DNA of 60,000 bases, taken from contig NC_086109.1 in the NCBI RefSeq assembly GCF_963921235.1, positions 33,234,001 through 33,294,000 of the forward strand, written 5' to 3'. The notes beneath the pieces are model-generated. The model made no database searches, was not told the DNA's origin, and saw only the letters and a program-made list of their open reading frames with translations. Source of the stretch: Mobula hypostoma (taxonomy: Eukaryota). Both the position numbers and the translations under genes were made by a program. This document shows, one piece after another, positions 36,426 through 47,752 of the stretch (position 1 is its first letter; each line of letters opens with the position of its first letter).

Positions 36426-36573
36426 GAAGAAGATGAAGAAGATCTGGCAGAAAGCTGTGCAGTTTCTTGAAGCAAATGAGTCCCGGATTCGTACAGAGAA
36501 ATGCAGAATAACTGGACAGGATTTCACTGTTTGGAGATGGACACAGCCTTCATCTGTCTGTGACTCTATGTGA
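36426..36573 (+). CDS. LEMD2: LEMD2 exon 9 (C-terminus)
   Basis: tatcag|G AAG... Encodes [52 protein letters not shown]. The stop directly after WRW, with no RRM/UHM domain, distinguishes it from LEMD3/MAN1. Total CDS 2361 nt. Confidence 0.94.
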
Positions 36574-37854
36574 TAAATAACTAGAAAATATGCAAAGCTG
36601 AAGATGACAGTTAATAATGCAGTATATGGAAATGTCTGCACTATATAATTCATAAATAAATGCTTGTGACTAGAGTTCTCATGCAGCAGCTGATCGTAAC
36701 TGCTTAATTGGGTGTTGTGGGAAGAACTGCCCACAAGAAGTGTGAGAAAATCAGTGGATGTGCCAGGATTATAATGTAATGCCTTCTCACAGATATTTAA
36801 ATATTATTATTAATAATAGTGTGATTATAGGTGGTTTTAGCAAGACCAGCGATTTTTTTTTTTTTTTTTAACCTGCTTAATTAATATATTGCTGAGCTCC
36901 AGCAGAATTGCAGAGGCAATCGCATTGGGTGACTGGTGTTTATAACAATGTTGGACCAGGTTTTCCTAAATCATGCTTCATTTGCACCTACAACTAAATT
37001 CAAAATGATATCCTTAACTAGGAACCCAATGATTATGATATGTAGAAAAGATAAAGAAGCACCAAAGCTGTCTCTTCTGACAGTCATGATACCAGTATGA
37101 TTCTTGAGGGGCTGGAGGAAAAGCACTTTAAATCTATTATTTTTAAAAGAAAGCAAACAACTGAACCTTGCCTTTCTATTTAAGGGTTTGTTAATTACCC
37201 TTCCTATATTTTTAAAACACTTCATAGCAGTTTCCATGTTGAATAATCTGTCATTTTGGTTCATAATTGACATAATATAACATGTCTAATTGTCAGAAAC
37301 TTTGCCTTTTTTAAACCAGTCCTGATGCTTTGTTTCAACCCAAATCATCAGAATACCTTTCTCTGCACAGATACCTAATCTGCTAAATTCTTCCACCAGA
37401 TTGTTTATTTGCCTTTTGTATATTGCTCAAGATAGTACACATTTGGAAGAAAGTTGTCCTATGGAACAAGTCGTTTGTAATAAGAGTAACACTTTCAGTA
37501 CACTAAAGAAAACTTCTTCACTACAATTTTTAAGCTATACATGTTTAAAATTGCTGTAATGCTGTTTTTTTTATCTAGCTCAGAAATATATTGCAATCTA
37601 TTAAATCTGTTCATATGGCTTACCCTTTGTAACAATCTGTTTTTGCATTCTTGGCTGAATTATGTAAAGTACCTATATAAATGAATTGGAATACAATATC
37701 TGTGTGTATTTCCTTCCGTAAGGTTGCATTAGTTTGACTTAATATACAGTTTCTTATTTCTTGCTTCATATAAGGGACATCAAAAATGTTGGCAAAGTTA
37801 TATTTGTATGACTTAATAAATACTTGTTAACAGTTTATTTTTGCAACTTGAGGG

Positions 37855-39060
37855 TTTAAGTTTGCTGACAACATCACTATCATAGGCCGAAAAGAGGTGG
37901 TGAGAAATCAGTATATAGGAGAGAGATTGAGTATCTGGCTGAGTGGTGCCACAACAACAACGCCTTACTCTGATTATTGACTTCAGGAGGAAATCAGAGG
38001 ACCATGAGCCAGTCCTTATTGGAGGATCAGAGGTGGACAGTGTCAGCAACTTTAAATTCCTTGGTATTATTATTGTAGTGGACCTGTCCTGGGCCCAGCG
38101 CGCAAGTGCAATTATGAAGAAAGCACGGTAGCACCTCTAATTCTTTAGAGGCTTGCAAAGATTCTGCACAACATCTAAAACTCTAATAAGCTTCTGTAAA
38201 TATGTGGTGGCTGCATCACAGCCTGGTATGGAACCACCAATGCCCTTGAATGGAAACTCCTACAAAAAGTAGTGGATACGGCCCATTCCATCGTGGGTAA
38301 AGCTCTCCCACTACATGGAGCATTATTGCAGGAAACCGACGTGGACGCACACGGAGACCAACATCCGGTGCTGCTGGCAGATCATCAACTCGGTGAAAGA
38401 CGCTCTTTGGTTGGCTCGAAACTTGATGATCTACCAGCACATGGAGATGTCCGTGGGAGAATGCTGCCGACTGGCACATTCTCGGCTGCAGGAGTACATG
38501 CTGAGGGACGCACTGAAACTTGGTGCAGCCACCGCAAGGGCCCGGTGGGGAAGGACCACAGTATAGGTTTCTCCACCCGTGGGAGTGGGAGGGGTTGGTG
38601 GGCGGGGAGTATACCCCTCAACAATGATATGCTAAGCTGAACTACTGGAGTGCCACGTGGGTGGCTATAAATACGGATATGTACTGAGTATAATGGAAAC
38701 GTATGTAAAGGATGAAAAGTTATTGAATGGTTTATTGTATATATTTATTTTTGAATAAAATATATTTTGAAATAAAAAAAATTATTGCAGGAAAACAGCA
38801 TCCATCATCAGAGACCCTCACCACCCAAGTCATGCTGTCTGCTAGCTGCGTCCATTGAGAAGGAGAACCAGGAGCCTCAGAACTCGCACCACCAGGTTCA
38901 GGAACAGTTAGTACTCCTGAACCATCAGGCTTTTGAACCAGAGAGGTCTTTCATTGATTGTATTACGGTTACGGGATTTATTGAGGGTGCCCACAAGAAA
39001 ATGAATCTGGGGATTGTATATGGTGACACATATGTACTTACAATAAAGTTACTTTGAATT
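37855..39060 (+). mobile_element. Rex1-type LINE 3' fragment, interrupted by a Tx1 insertion
   Basis: KFADNITII and LIIDFRRKSEDHEPVLIGGSEVDSVSNFKFLG motifs; 3' tail AATAAAGTTACTTTGAA. Confidence 0.82.
38336..38780 (+). mobile_element. Tx1/L1-clade LINE 3' end with 14-bp TSD
   Basis: CWQIINSVKDALWLARNL..QEYMLRD..ARARWG C-terminus, AATAAA and an A tail. TSD ATTATTGCAGGAAA at 38322-38335 and 38781-38794. Confidence 0.85.
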
Positions 39061-40060
39061 TTGACCTAACGTGTTAGATAAAGGATCATTTGGAAGCGGT
39101 TTTAAGGAAGTCGGTGAAATTATTTGTTTCAGGAGTTGTGTTTATGTAAACAATGTGATCTGCCCTGTGTAGCCGACTGTGTGAATGAGGAGAAGTATGT
39201 GAGGAAGGAATTTCTTTGGACACAGGGTTGCAAATCTGAAATTCATGCCATACAGTCACGGTGTGTATTTAAAGCAGAGGTTGATATGTTCTTGTTTAAT
39301 TGTTACTGGGAGATGACAGGAAAATGGGGTTGAGGCAGAGCAGACCCAATGAGCTGAATGGCCTAATTCTGCTCCTAAATTCTGTGGAAATTTGCTAGGA
39401 GTGAAAATACAATGGCCAACATGTTTCAGAGCACAGTAATAACATGCCTATTTTGAAAGTTTAATTCTTAATACATTACTTTCAGTGAAGACATTTGTTG
39501 AATTCATTTGTACATATCATGAAATGAAGTATACAAACAAAAAATATTAAGAAATATTTTGTAACGGTTTCACTGCATTGATATAAAAATATTTTGACTT
39601 CATTTTTTGAGCATTCTGTTCAAAATTATATTTTGTGTAAAATGGAAATTTACAACTGAGAAGAGTAATGGAAGTCTATAACTTTATCTTAAAGATGTGC
39701 ATTTTTTACAGGTTATTTCAGTTCTATTGCTGTTGTCAATACCAGGATGGAGACTTTTTTTGGAAAAGAAAAATAGCTGTTTTAATTGCTGCCAAATATT
39801 AATAGGAAATATCTTTGATTAAATACAGTTTATATAACTATAGACAATTCATTTTCCATATATTCCAAAAACATGAATAAACTATTCCTACAGTGTTTTG
39901 TGGACTTTTTGATTAACTCAATGAAATTTATATTAAATAAATAATACCATTTTTTTTTTGCAACATATGGTTTACAACCAGAATGGAAATGTACGGTATA
40001 AGGTCAAGCTATTGTAGGCTCAAGTCTGCAGCGTAGTTTATCAGTAGTATTGGTTCACAC

Positions 40061-40303
40061 TGATGTACTATCAATTACTCCAAAAGACTGGAAGTAGAGT
40101 AAATACTGAAAGGCTTTTATTAACAGTAAAATGGATCCACGTCCATGCTGAGTATCTGCCCCTGGACTGAGGGAGGAGCAGTGACACAATCGCCTTTATT
40201 CAGGGGTCTGTGGGAGGAGCCACAGGAGCAGTCAGCAGAGGGGCATGTCCAGGCATGTCCAGACAGGTAACCCAGTTACAACCTTTATACATGGTTTACC
40301 ACA
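40061..40303 (-). repeat. 3' LTR
   Basis: Direct repeat of 44183-44424 with about 11 differences by eye; adjacent to the PPT (AAAAAAGAGGGGTGAA in element sense). Confidence 0.95.
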
Positions 40304-40369
40304 TTCACCCCTCTTTTTTAAAAAAGAGTCCTGCAGGGTGAAGTGAATGACAATATTTAAAAACAAATA

Positions 40370-43300
40370 TATTTAGAGGTCGAATCCGTCGCTGTGATCT
40401 ACGTAGCACCGGTGGTGATTGCATCGGCGACAGTGGTTGTGCTGGCTCCGGCCTGACTTCAGGTGCCAGCATGTTAGGCATCGGTAATCCCTCATGCTTG
40501 TGCGTCACGCCCGGTATGGGAGTGTCGTGTGGTGTCTATGTAGGGCTTGGAGTGCGCGGTATCTCGTGGGTATATGTATTGGTGGGTATGCGGTTAATAG
40601 TCACCATGGAGTGTTCAGGGTAGGGGCCCAGTTCTCCTGCGGGCGCCAGGCCGCGGATGGAGACCATGTCCTCCCGCCCATCAGATAAAACCACGTAGGC
40701 ATACTGGGGGTTCGCATGAAGTAAGTGAACCCTCTCGACCTTCGGGGAGTATTTATTGCTCCTCGCATGTTTCCGGAGCAGCACTGGCCCCGGAGACGTC
40801 AGCCAAGTTGGTAGGGTGGTTCCAGTGGTCGATTTTCTGGGAAAAGAAAAGAGCCGCTCATGAGGGGTGGCATTGGTGGACGTGCATAACAGGGAGCGGA
40901 TGGAGTGGAGTGCCTCGGGAAGGACCTCCTGCCAGCGGGAGACAGGCAGTCCCTTTGACCTGAGGGCTAAGAGTGTGGCTTTCCACACTGTGCCATTCTC
41001 CTTCTCTACCTGTCCATTCCCCCGGGGATTATAGCTCGCGGTTCTACTAGTTGCAATACTCTTAGCCAGCAGGAATTGGCGCAGCTCGTCACTCATAAAT
41101 GAGGACCCTTTGTCACTGTGGATATAGCATGGCTATCCGAACAGAGTGAAGAGCTTGCGCAGGGCTTTTATGACTGACATGGTAGTGGTATCGGGGAAGG
41201 GGATGGCGAAGAGGAACCACAAGTACTCGTCGATTACATTAAGAAAGTACATATTGCGGTCAGTGGAGGGAAGGGGGCCCTTAAAGTTGACACTCAGTCG
41301 CTCAAAGGGGCGGGTGGCCTTGATGAGTTGTGCTTTTTCGGGTCTGTAGAAGTGCGGTCGCACTCTGCGCAGACTTGGCAGTCCCTGGTCATCGTCCCGA
41401 TCTCCTCAAGGGAGTAAGGCAGGTTCCGGGCTTTCACGGTGGAAAAGCCGGGTGACCCCCGGGTGGCAAAGATCTGCATGTAGGGCGTATAGCCGGTCGA
41501 TTTGCGCGCTGGCGCACGTTCCCCGGGATAGGGCATCGGAGGGCTCATTGAGCTTCCCAGGCCTGTACATGATGTCATAGTTGTAGGTGGAGAGTTCGAT
41601 TCTCCACCTCAGAATTTTATCAATTTTGATTTTTCCCCACTGTTGGTTGCTAAACATGAATGTGACTGAGTGCTGATCAGTTAGCAGGGTGAACCTTTTG
41701 CCAGCGAGATAGTGCCTCCAGTGCCTAACAGCTTCCACTATGGCCTGGGCCTCTTTCTCCACTGCGGAGTGCCGAAGTTCAGGGCCTTGAAGGGTACAGG
41801 AGAAGAACGCCACTGGTCTTCCTGCCTGGTTGAGGGTAGCAGCCAGCGCGAAGTCGGAGGCGTCACTCTCTACTTGGAAGGGAATGGCCTCGTCCACTGC
41901 ATGCATTGCTGCTTTGGCAATGTCCCCTTTAATGCAGCTGACGGCCACGCGGGCCTCGGCTGAGAGGGGAAAGGTGGTGGACTTGACCGGGGGCGGGCCT
42001 TGTCTGTGTAGTTAGGGACCCATTGGCGTAATATGAAAGGAAGCCCAGGCACCTTTTGAGGGCTCTGAGGGTGTTGGGAAGAGGGAGTTCCAACAGGGGG
42101 TGCATATGGTCGGGGTCAGGGCCAATGACTCCGTTCTCTACACCCAAGGATAGCAAGTCGGGTGGTTCCAAACACACACTTGTCCTTGTTATAGGTGAGA
42201 TTGAAAGCTTTGGCTGCTTGGAGAAATTTTCGAAGGTTGTTGTCGTGATCCTGCTGGTCGTGACCGCAGATGGTGATGTTATCCAGATATGGGAACGTGG
42301 CCTTCAGTTGCCATCCGGTCCATTTCCCTCAGGAAGACAGATACACCATTCGTGACACCGAAGGGGAAGCGCAGGAATTGATAAAGCCTGCTGTCCGCCT
42401 CGAAGGCGGTGTAAGGGCGGTCCTCCCGGCGATGGGGAGCTGATGGTAAGCGGATTTTAGGTCTATGGTCGAGTACACCTTGTACTGTGCTATCTGATTG
42501 ACCATATCCACGATGCAGGGTAGAGGGTACGCGTCGAGCTGCGTGAACCTATTGATGGTCTGGCTATAGTCACGACCATCCTATTCTTCTCCCCGTTCCG
42601 AACAACCACCACCTGTGCCCTCCAAGGACTTGTGCTTGCCTCAATGACCCCCTCCCTGAGCAGCCGCTGCACCTCCGACTTAATGAAAGCTCTGTCCCCC
42701 GCGCTGTACCTCCTGCTTTTAGTTGCCACGGGTTTACAGTCGGGGGTCAGGTTGGCGAACAGCGGTGGGGGAGGGATCCTGAGGGTGGAGAGGCCGCAAG
42801 TGGTGTTGGGTGGGATGTGCGGGTCGGTGTGCGGGGGTGGTCAGTAGCCGGGTATGTGACATATTCCTACAAAACTGAGGATTTCTGACAGTGGTTGGTG
42901 GGAGGGGCTCGTCATACTCCATTGTCACGCTTTTCAGGTGGCTCTGGAAGTCGAGCCCCAATAGTACAGGGGCACACAGTTGAGGCATAACCAGTAATGT
43001 AAAGTCTCAATATTCTGTGCCCTGCACCACTATCATCGCTATATAACTTCCCCAGATGTCTGTTGTATGCGACCCGGAAGCCATGGCGACCCTCTGGCTT
43101 ACCGGCCGTATCGTGAGTCCGCAATGCTGCACCGTATCCAGGTGGATAAAACTCTCCGTGCTGCCCGTGTCACACAGGCAGCTTGTTCTGCACCCCTGCA
43201 CCAGGATGTCCATCATTGACCTTGCGAGCTGGTGGAGAGTGCTTTGGTTGAGGGTCACGGAGACCAGAGTTGAGTCGCTGTCTTGGGCCGGCACGGTGGG

Positions 43301-44157
43301 GTGCCCCGTGAGCACCCATGGGTCGTAGGCGGTGGGAGGTGGCGCCAACCAAGATGGCTGCCCCCATATCTCGCATGTGGTGGCGGCATGCAGGCAAGAT
43401 GGCGACCCCCATGCCTCGCACGCAGCGCTGCTTGATCCCTTGGCGAAGTGGCCCTTATTTCCGCAGCTGGAGCAGATAGCTTCTCAGGCCGGGCAGCATT
43501 TCCGGGGGTGCTTCTCGAGTCCGCAGAAGTAGCACCGTGGACTCGCGACTGGCAGCAGCTGTGGTCGATTCGCCGGCGGGTTGCGGGGTCTGTGGTGTCC
43601 ACGAGGCCGTCGGGAGATCGCGTGCCTGGACAGTGTCAGAGTTGTGCAGAGCTGCCTCTAGTGTGTCGGCCAGCTCAGTCACCGAACATAAGGTAAGATC
43701 GGCGTGTTCCAGCAGCCGCTGGCGCACATACACTGACCTGGTCCCCGTGATGAAGGCATCTCTTACAAGGAGCTCCGCATGCTGTTCGGCCGTCAGCCCC
43801 CGGCAATTGCAGGCCCGCATGAGTGTCTATAGGTCCCGGACGAACTCAGCGCTCGATTCTCCAGGCCGCTGCTGCCGCGTCGGTAAGTGATGTCGCGCAT
43901 AGACGGTGCTTACCGGCCACAGGTATTGTCTTCTGAGGGCGCTCATCGCGCCGTCGTAGCTCGGCTGGTCTCTAATCATTGAGTAGACCCGTGGACTGAC
44001 CCTGGAGAGGAGAACTCTGCGCTTCGCGGCTGACTCGGCCACTTCAATTGCCTCCAGGTATGATTCGAAGCAGGTGTAGCCAGAGTTCGAGAGCGTTTCC
44101 AGCTTCAGGTGTCTGCGGGTTGAGGTCTAACTTGTCGGGTGTCAGGACGTGTTCCAT
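40370..44157 (-). pseudogene. gag-pol, frameshifted
   Basis: ATG at 44157 (MEHVLTPDKLDL..); CSSCGNKGH zinc knuckle; protease DTGSTESF; RT IDLKSAYHQ and FPYLDN; RNase H ESDASDFALAATL; integrase NPRGNGQVEKEN. Split over many short ORFs. Confidence 0.92.
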
Positions 44158-44182
44158 GCCTTAAAATTACTGTTAATAAAAT

Positions 44183-44424
44183 TGATGCACTATCAATTAC
44201 TCCAAAAGACTGGAAGTAGAGTAAATACTGAAAGGCTTTTATTAACAGTAAAATGGATCTACGTCCATGCTGTATGTCTGTCCTGGACTGTGGAAGGAGC
44301 AGTGACACAATCGCCTTTATTCAGGAGTCTGTGGGAGGAGCCACAGGAGCAGTCAGCAGAGGGGCGTGTCCAGGCATGTCCAGACAGGTAACCCAGTTAC
44401 AACCTTTATACATGGTTTACCACA
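44183..44424 (-). repeat. 5' LTR
   Basis: Element sense TGTGGTAAACC...GTGCATCA; the gag ATG is 25 nt downstream. Confidence 0.95.
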
Positions 44425-44523
44425 CGCACCTTTGTAGAAACCAATCTCCCTCTGCCTTAAAAATATTCAGACTTCCATTGTCCTTTGACCAAAAAAAAGT
44501 CCAAATACTTTAAACAGCTTACC

Positions 44524-44811
44524 TTATTTATTTAGAGATACAACGCAGAGTAGGCCCTTTGAGCCATACAGCCCCGCAACCCCCGACAACTCCAGTTTAG
44601 CCCAAACCTGATCACGGGACAATTTACAGTGATGATTTAATCTACTAACTGTTAAGTCTTTGGAATGTGGGAAGAAACTGGAGCACCCAGAGGATACCCA
44701 CTCGCACGCAGGAAGGACGTACGAACCTTTTGCATTCGGCGCCAGCAGCCAGAATTGAGCTCTGACCTCCGATGCCCCGACCTGTGCCAACCACTACGCT
44801 ACGATTGCGCC
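44524..44811 (-). mobile_element. tRNA-derived V-SINE (HE1-like)
   Basis: Reverse strand has an A-box-like TAGCGTAGTGG and V-domain GTGGGTATCCTCTGGGTGCTCCAGTTTCTTCCCACATTCCAAAGAC, with a (TAAA)n tail. Confidence 0.82.
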
Positions 44812-46512
44812 TGTCAAATCTAAAAATCTGTGGATCTTTGGAATTCTTTACATAGATCTATGGATCCTGAGCCATTCAGTTCGTTCAAAGTTGAAAGAAA
44901 TGGATGTTTGAGCTACACAGAAACCAAGGGAAATATTTTCTAAGGCAATGAGAAACCTCAAGCAAACAGGGACAATAATCATTTAAAGTTAAGATAATTT
45001 AAAAGAATCTTAAAACAGTAATTTTTTCAGGAAGAATGAATTGAGTAAAAGATGCCTATTTATACAGAGCCAGACTATTTAGCAGATAACAATGTAATAT
45101 AAGTAAATAGAATCATATGAATTTGAAGCAGGAGTAGCCACGTGACCCATCAAACTTCTTGTCAATGAATAAAATCAAGTCTGATTTGATCTTGGCCTCT
45201 GTTGCACTTTCTTATGTTTTCCCTTGGCACAAAAAAAATGGTATTTCAATCTTGAAGGTACAGTATTCATTGATTCAGTTTCCACATCTGAGGGGTAGAG
45301 AATTCCAAAGAGTCATCAACCTCGAAGAAGAAATGTGTTCTCAACTGCATATGAAATAGATAACTCTTTAGTCTTCAACTATGCTCCTTAGTTCTGGACC
45401 CCCCACCCGCCTCCATGAGGGGTAATACGTATCCAATGAAATCTCTGTCAAAATTTTGAATATTAATTTCATTTTTTTTCTTTGTCATACGTTTCGATAA
45501 GCTTGAATCATTCTTCTGAATTCCAAGGAGTGTAGGCCCAATATGCTTAACCTTTCTTCAAAAGACAACTCATTCGTCCAATGTAAATACATTCCTTCTG
45601 AAAGCTGGTAACCAAAATTGTATGAAAGTACTGCAGCTGTGGTTTTAGCACCTGTAACCCCAAACCTCTTTAGACTGGCAGTGATTTCTCCTCCAACACT
45701 TTTTTGGTGATGCACAAGAGCTAGGCCAGCTGCATACCTGATGTACCAAGTTGCAGATCCTTCACTGGGATTGGGAAGATTAATGAGATACCATTTTCTA
45801 ACAGCCACTTAAACTGGATTATACTTTGCTTAAATTGCCTTGCAAAATTAAATTGCACTTTTTTTTTAGAACACCTACTTCTCACTGAGTTTTATACCTC
45901 CATTCTGACAGAACATTGACATGTTGCACTTCCACTCAGAAACCCATGCACAACATGGATGTATTGGTACAACTCCATCAAGCTAAAGAGCTCAGTATGA
46001 GAGAAATTTACCACAACTTGCAGCCGCTCAGTCTGTTAATCAGCTGTCTATTGCTTCACGTGCTAATTCACCACAACAGTGGTGGCCCTACAAAATTAAT
46101 GAAACAGTAACATAACTAATCTACTCCAAGCATGCAAACTTGCATCAATGCATCTTGCTTGATATCAATCTTCAATAAAAAATGGCGGAGCTGCGTATTT
46201 TATTCAAACTTGCAATTTATTTAAATTTGAAATCAATCCGTTTGACATTTCTAAATTTCAGTGTCAAGGTTCTCAGCTTTTTAAAAATCAGATTAGCTGC
46301 TCATTATTTGCTAATTAATACGGAGAAATTGCATTAGCTGAATTAAGTAACTATTTTTCAGTTAGCTGTAAATCAAATTTGATGATAACTTCTGTATGTA
46401 GTTAATATCTTTAATGGCTAATAACTGGAAACCACAAAATAGAAATGTCAGGAGACACTGAACTTGAAATTAAAATTTAAATATAAAACTAGTATTTGAG
46501 TTTCACCTCAAC

Positions 46513-46718
46513 AAACATAGAATCATAGAAACATAGAAAATAGGTGGAGGAGTAGGCCATTCGGCCCTTCGAGCCTTCACCGCCATTTATTATGATCATG
46601 GCTGATCATCCAACTCAGAACCCCGCCCCAGCCTTCCCTCCATACCCCCTGACCCCCGTAGCCACAAGGGCCATATCTAACTCCCTCTTAAATATAGCTA
46701 ATGAACTGGTCTCAACTG
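46513..46718 (-). mobile_element. CR1 3' end, same young family as 1-648
   Basis: Near-identical reverse complement of about 445-648. Confidence 0.9.
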
Positions 46719-46859
46719 TAAACATTGATTATAAATTTGTGAAGTCTGAGGAAAGGTTGTACTGTAGAATCTAACATCCACCCTGCCCTACTTTTGTGTG
46801 CTGCAGTACCTAAGTTTTACCTCTTCGGGACACCATTTTCAGTCATTTATAACTTAGGC

Positions 46860-46939
46860 CAGGGGTTCCCAACCCTTTTTATGCCGTGGACCAATACCAT
46901 TAAGCAAGGAGTCCATGAACTCCAGGTTGGGAACCCCTG
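46860..46939. mobile_element. 80-bp hAT MITE
   Basis: TIRs CAGGGGTTCCCAACCT / AGGTTGGGAACCCCTG; 8-bp TSD ACTTAGGC / AGTTGGGC (2 mismatches). A decayed copy lies near 17431-17500. Confidence 0.85.
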
Positions 46940-46959
46940 AGTTGGGCTGTCTCTAGGGA

Positions 46960-47485
46960 TCAGGAATGACTTCCTTCCACTCCAGTTCTGTGGGTCTGAG
47001 ATGGTTGCTGAGAGTGTGATGGGGCAGGAAGTGCCCGATGGGGCAGGAGTTACAATGACAATGATGAATGGAATGTGAGGTCTGTGGCCTTTCTTATGCA
47101 GACCCACTGCAGCAGCCAAAGAGCGAACTTGTAGCTCTCAATATCATTTCCAAATGCTGCTTCTCTGCTCAGGTCATGCATAGGCCAGGAATTCCCAGCA
47201 GTCAGTAGGAATGTTGCATTTCCTCAAGGAGGCTTTGAGTGGAGCCTTGAATCTTTTCTTCTGTACACTTGTTAATTTCTTACCATGCGAGAGCTCAGAA
47301 TAAAATATTTGTCCCAGGAGTTTGGTGTTGGGTGTGTGACCTGCCCAGTGTTGCTGATCGTTTGAAAATAACTGAGTAGTTGGCTACTAAAAATGACATT
47401 GATTCATTTACCCTTCCAGTGAACTTGGAGAATTTTGCAGAAACACTGTTAGTGATATATTCTTCCAGTGCCTTCAGATGCCTTG
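46960..47485 (-). mobile_element. degenerate RTE-type LINE 3' fragment
   Basis: The reverse strand resembles an RTE ORF C-terminus (HLKALEE.YH..CF.KILQVHWK, QKKRFKAPLKASLRKCNI); approximate. Confidence 0.6.
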
Positions 47486-47486
47486 T

Positions 47487-47752
47487 TTTTTTTATTTAGC
47501 GATACAGCAGGGATTAAGCCTTTTTGGCCCTTCAAGTCACGCCGTCCAGTAACCCTACAATCCCAAGTAAACCTAACCTAATCACAGGATAATTTACAAT
47601 GACAAATTAACCTACTGAATAGGTCTTTAGACTGTGGGGGAAAACCGGAGCATTTCACAGTCTCCTTAGAGAAGGGCACCTGAATCGATCTGAACTCTGG
47701 AATGCCCTGGCCCATAATAGTGTCGCGCTGACCGCAACACTACGTTGGCGGT
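47487..47752 (-). mobile_element. V-SINE
   Basis: Homologous to 44524-44811 (AATTTACAATGAC..TTAACCTACT..GTCTTT.GACTGTGGG.GAAACCGGAGC). Confidence 0.75.

Larger units (their letters stand above)
40061..44424 (-). mobile_element. full-length decayed Ty3/Gypsy LTR retrotransposon
   Basis: Two TG...CA LTRs of about 243 bp; 5-bp TSD CACAC (40056-40060) / CGCAC (44425-44429); polypurine tract at about 40304-40320; domain order gag-PR-RT-RH-IN. Confidence 0.96.

Noticed and set aside
45485..45808. 107-aa minus-strand ORF
   Set aside because: Its C-terminal half (LSFEERLSILGLHSLEFRRM) is a CR1 remnant, so the ORF is a chance fusion.
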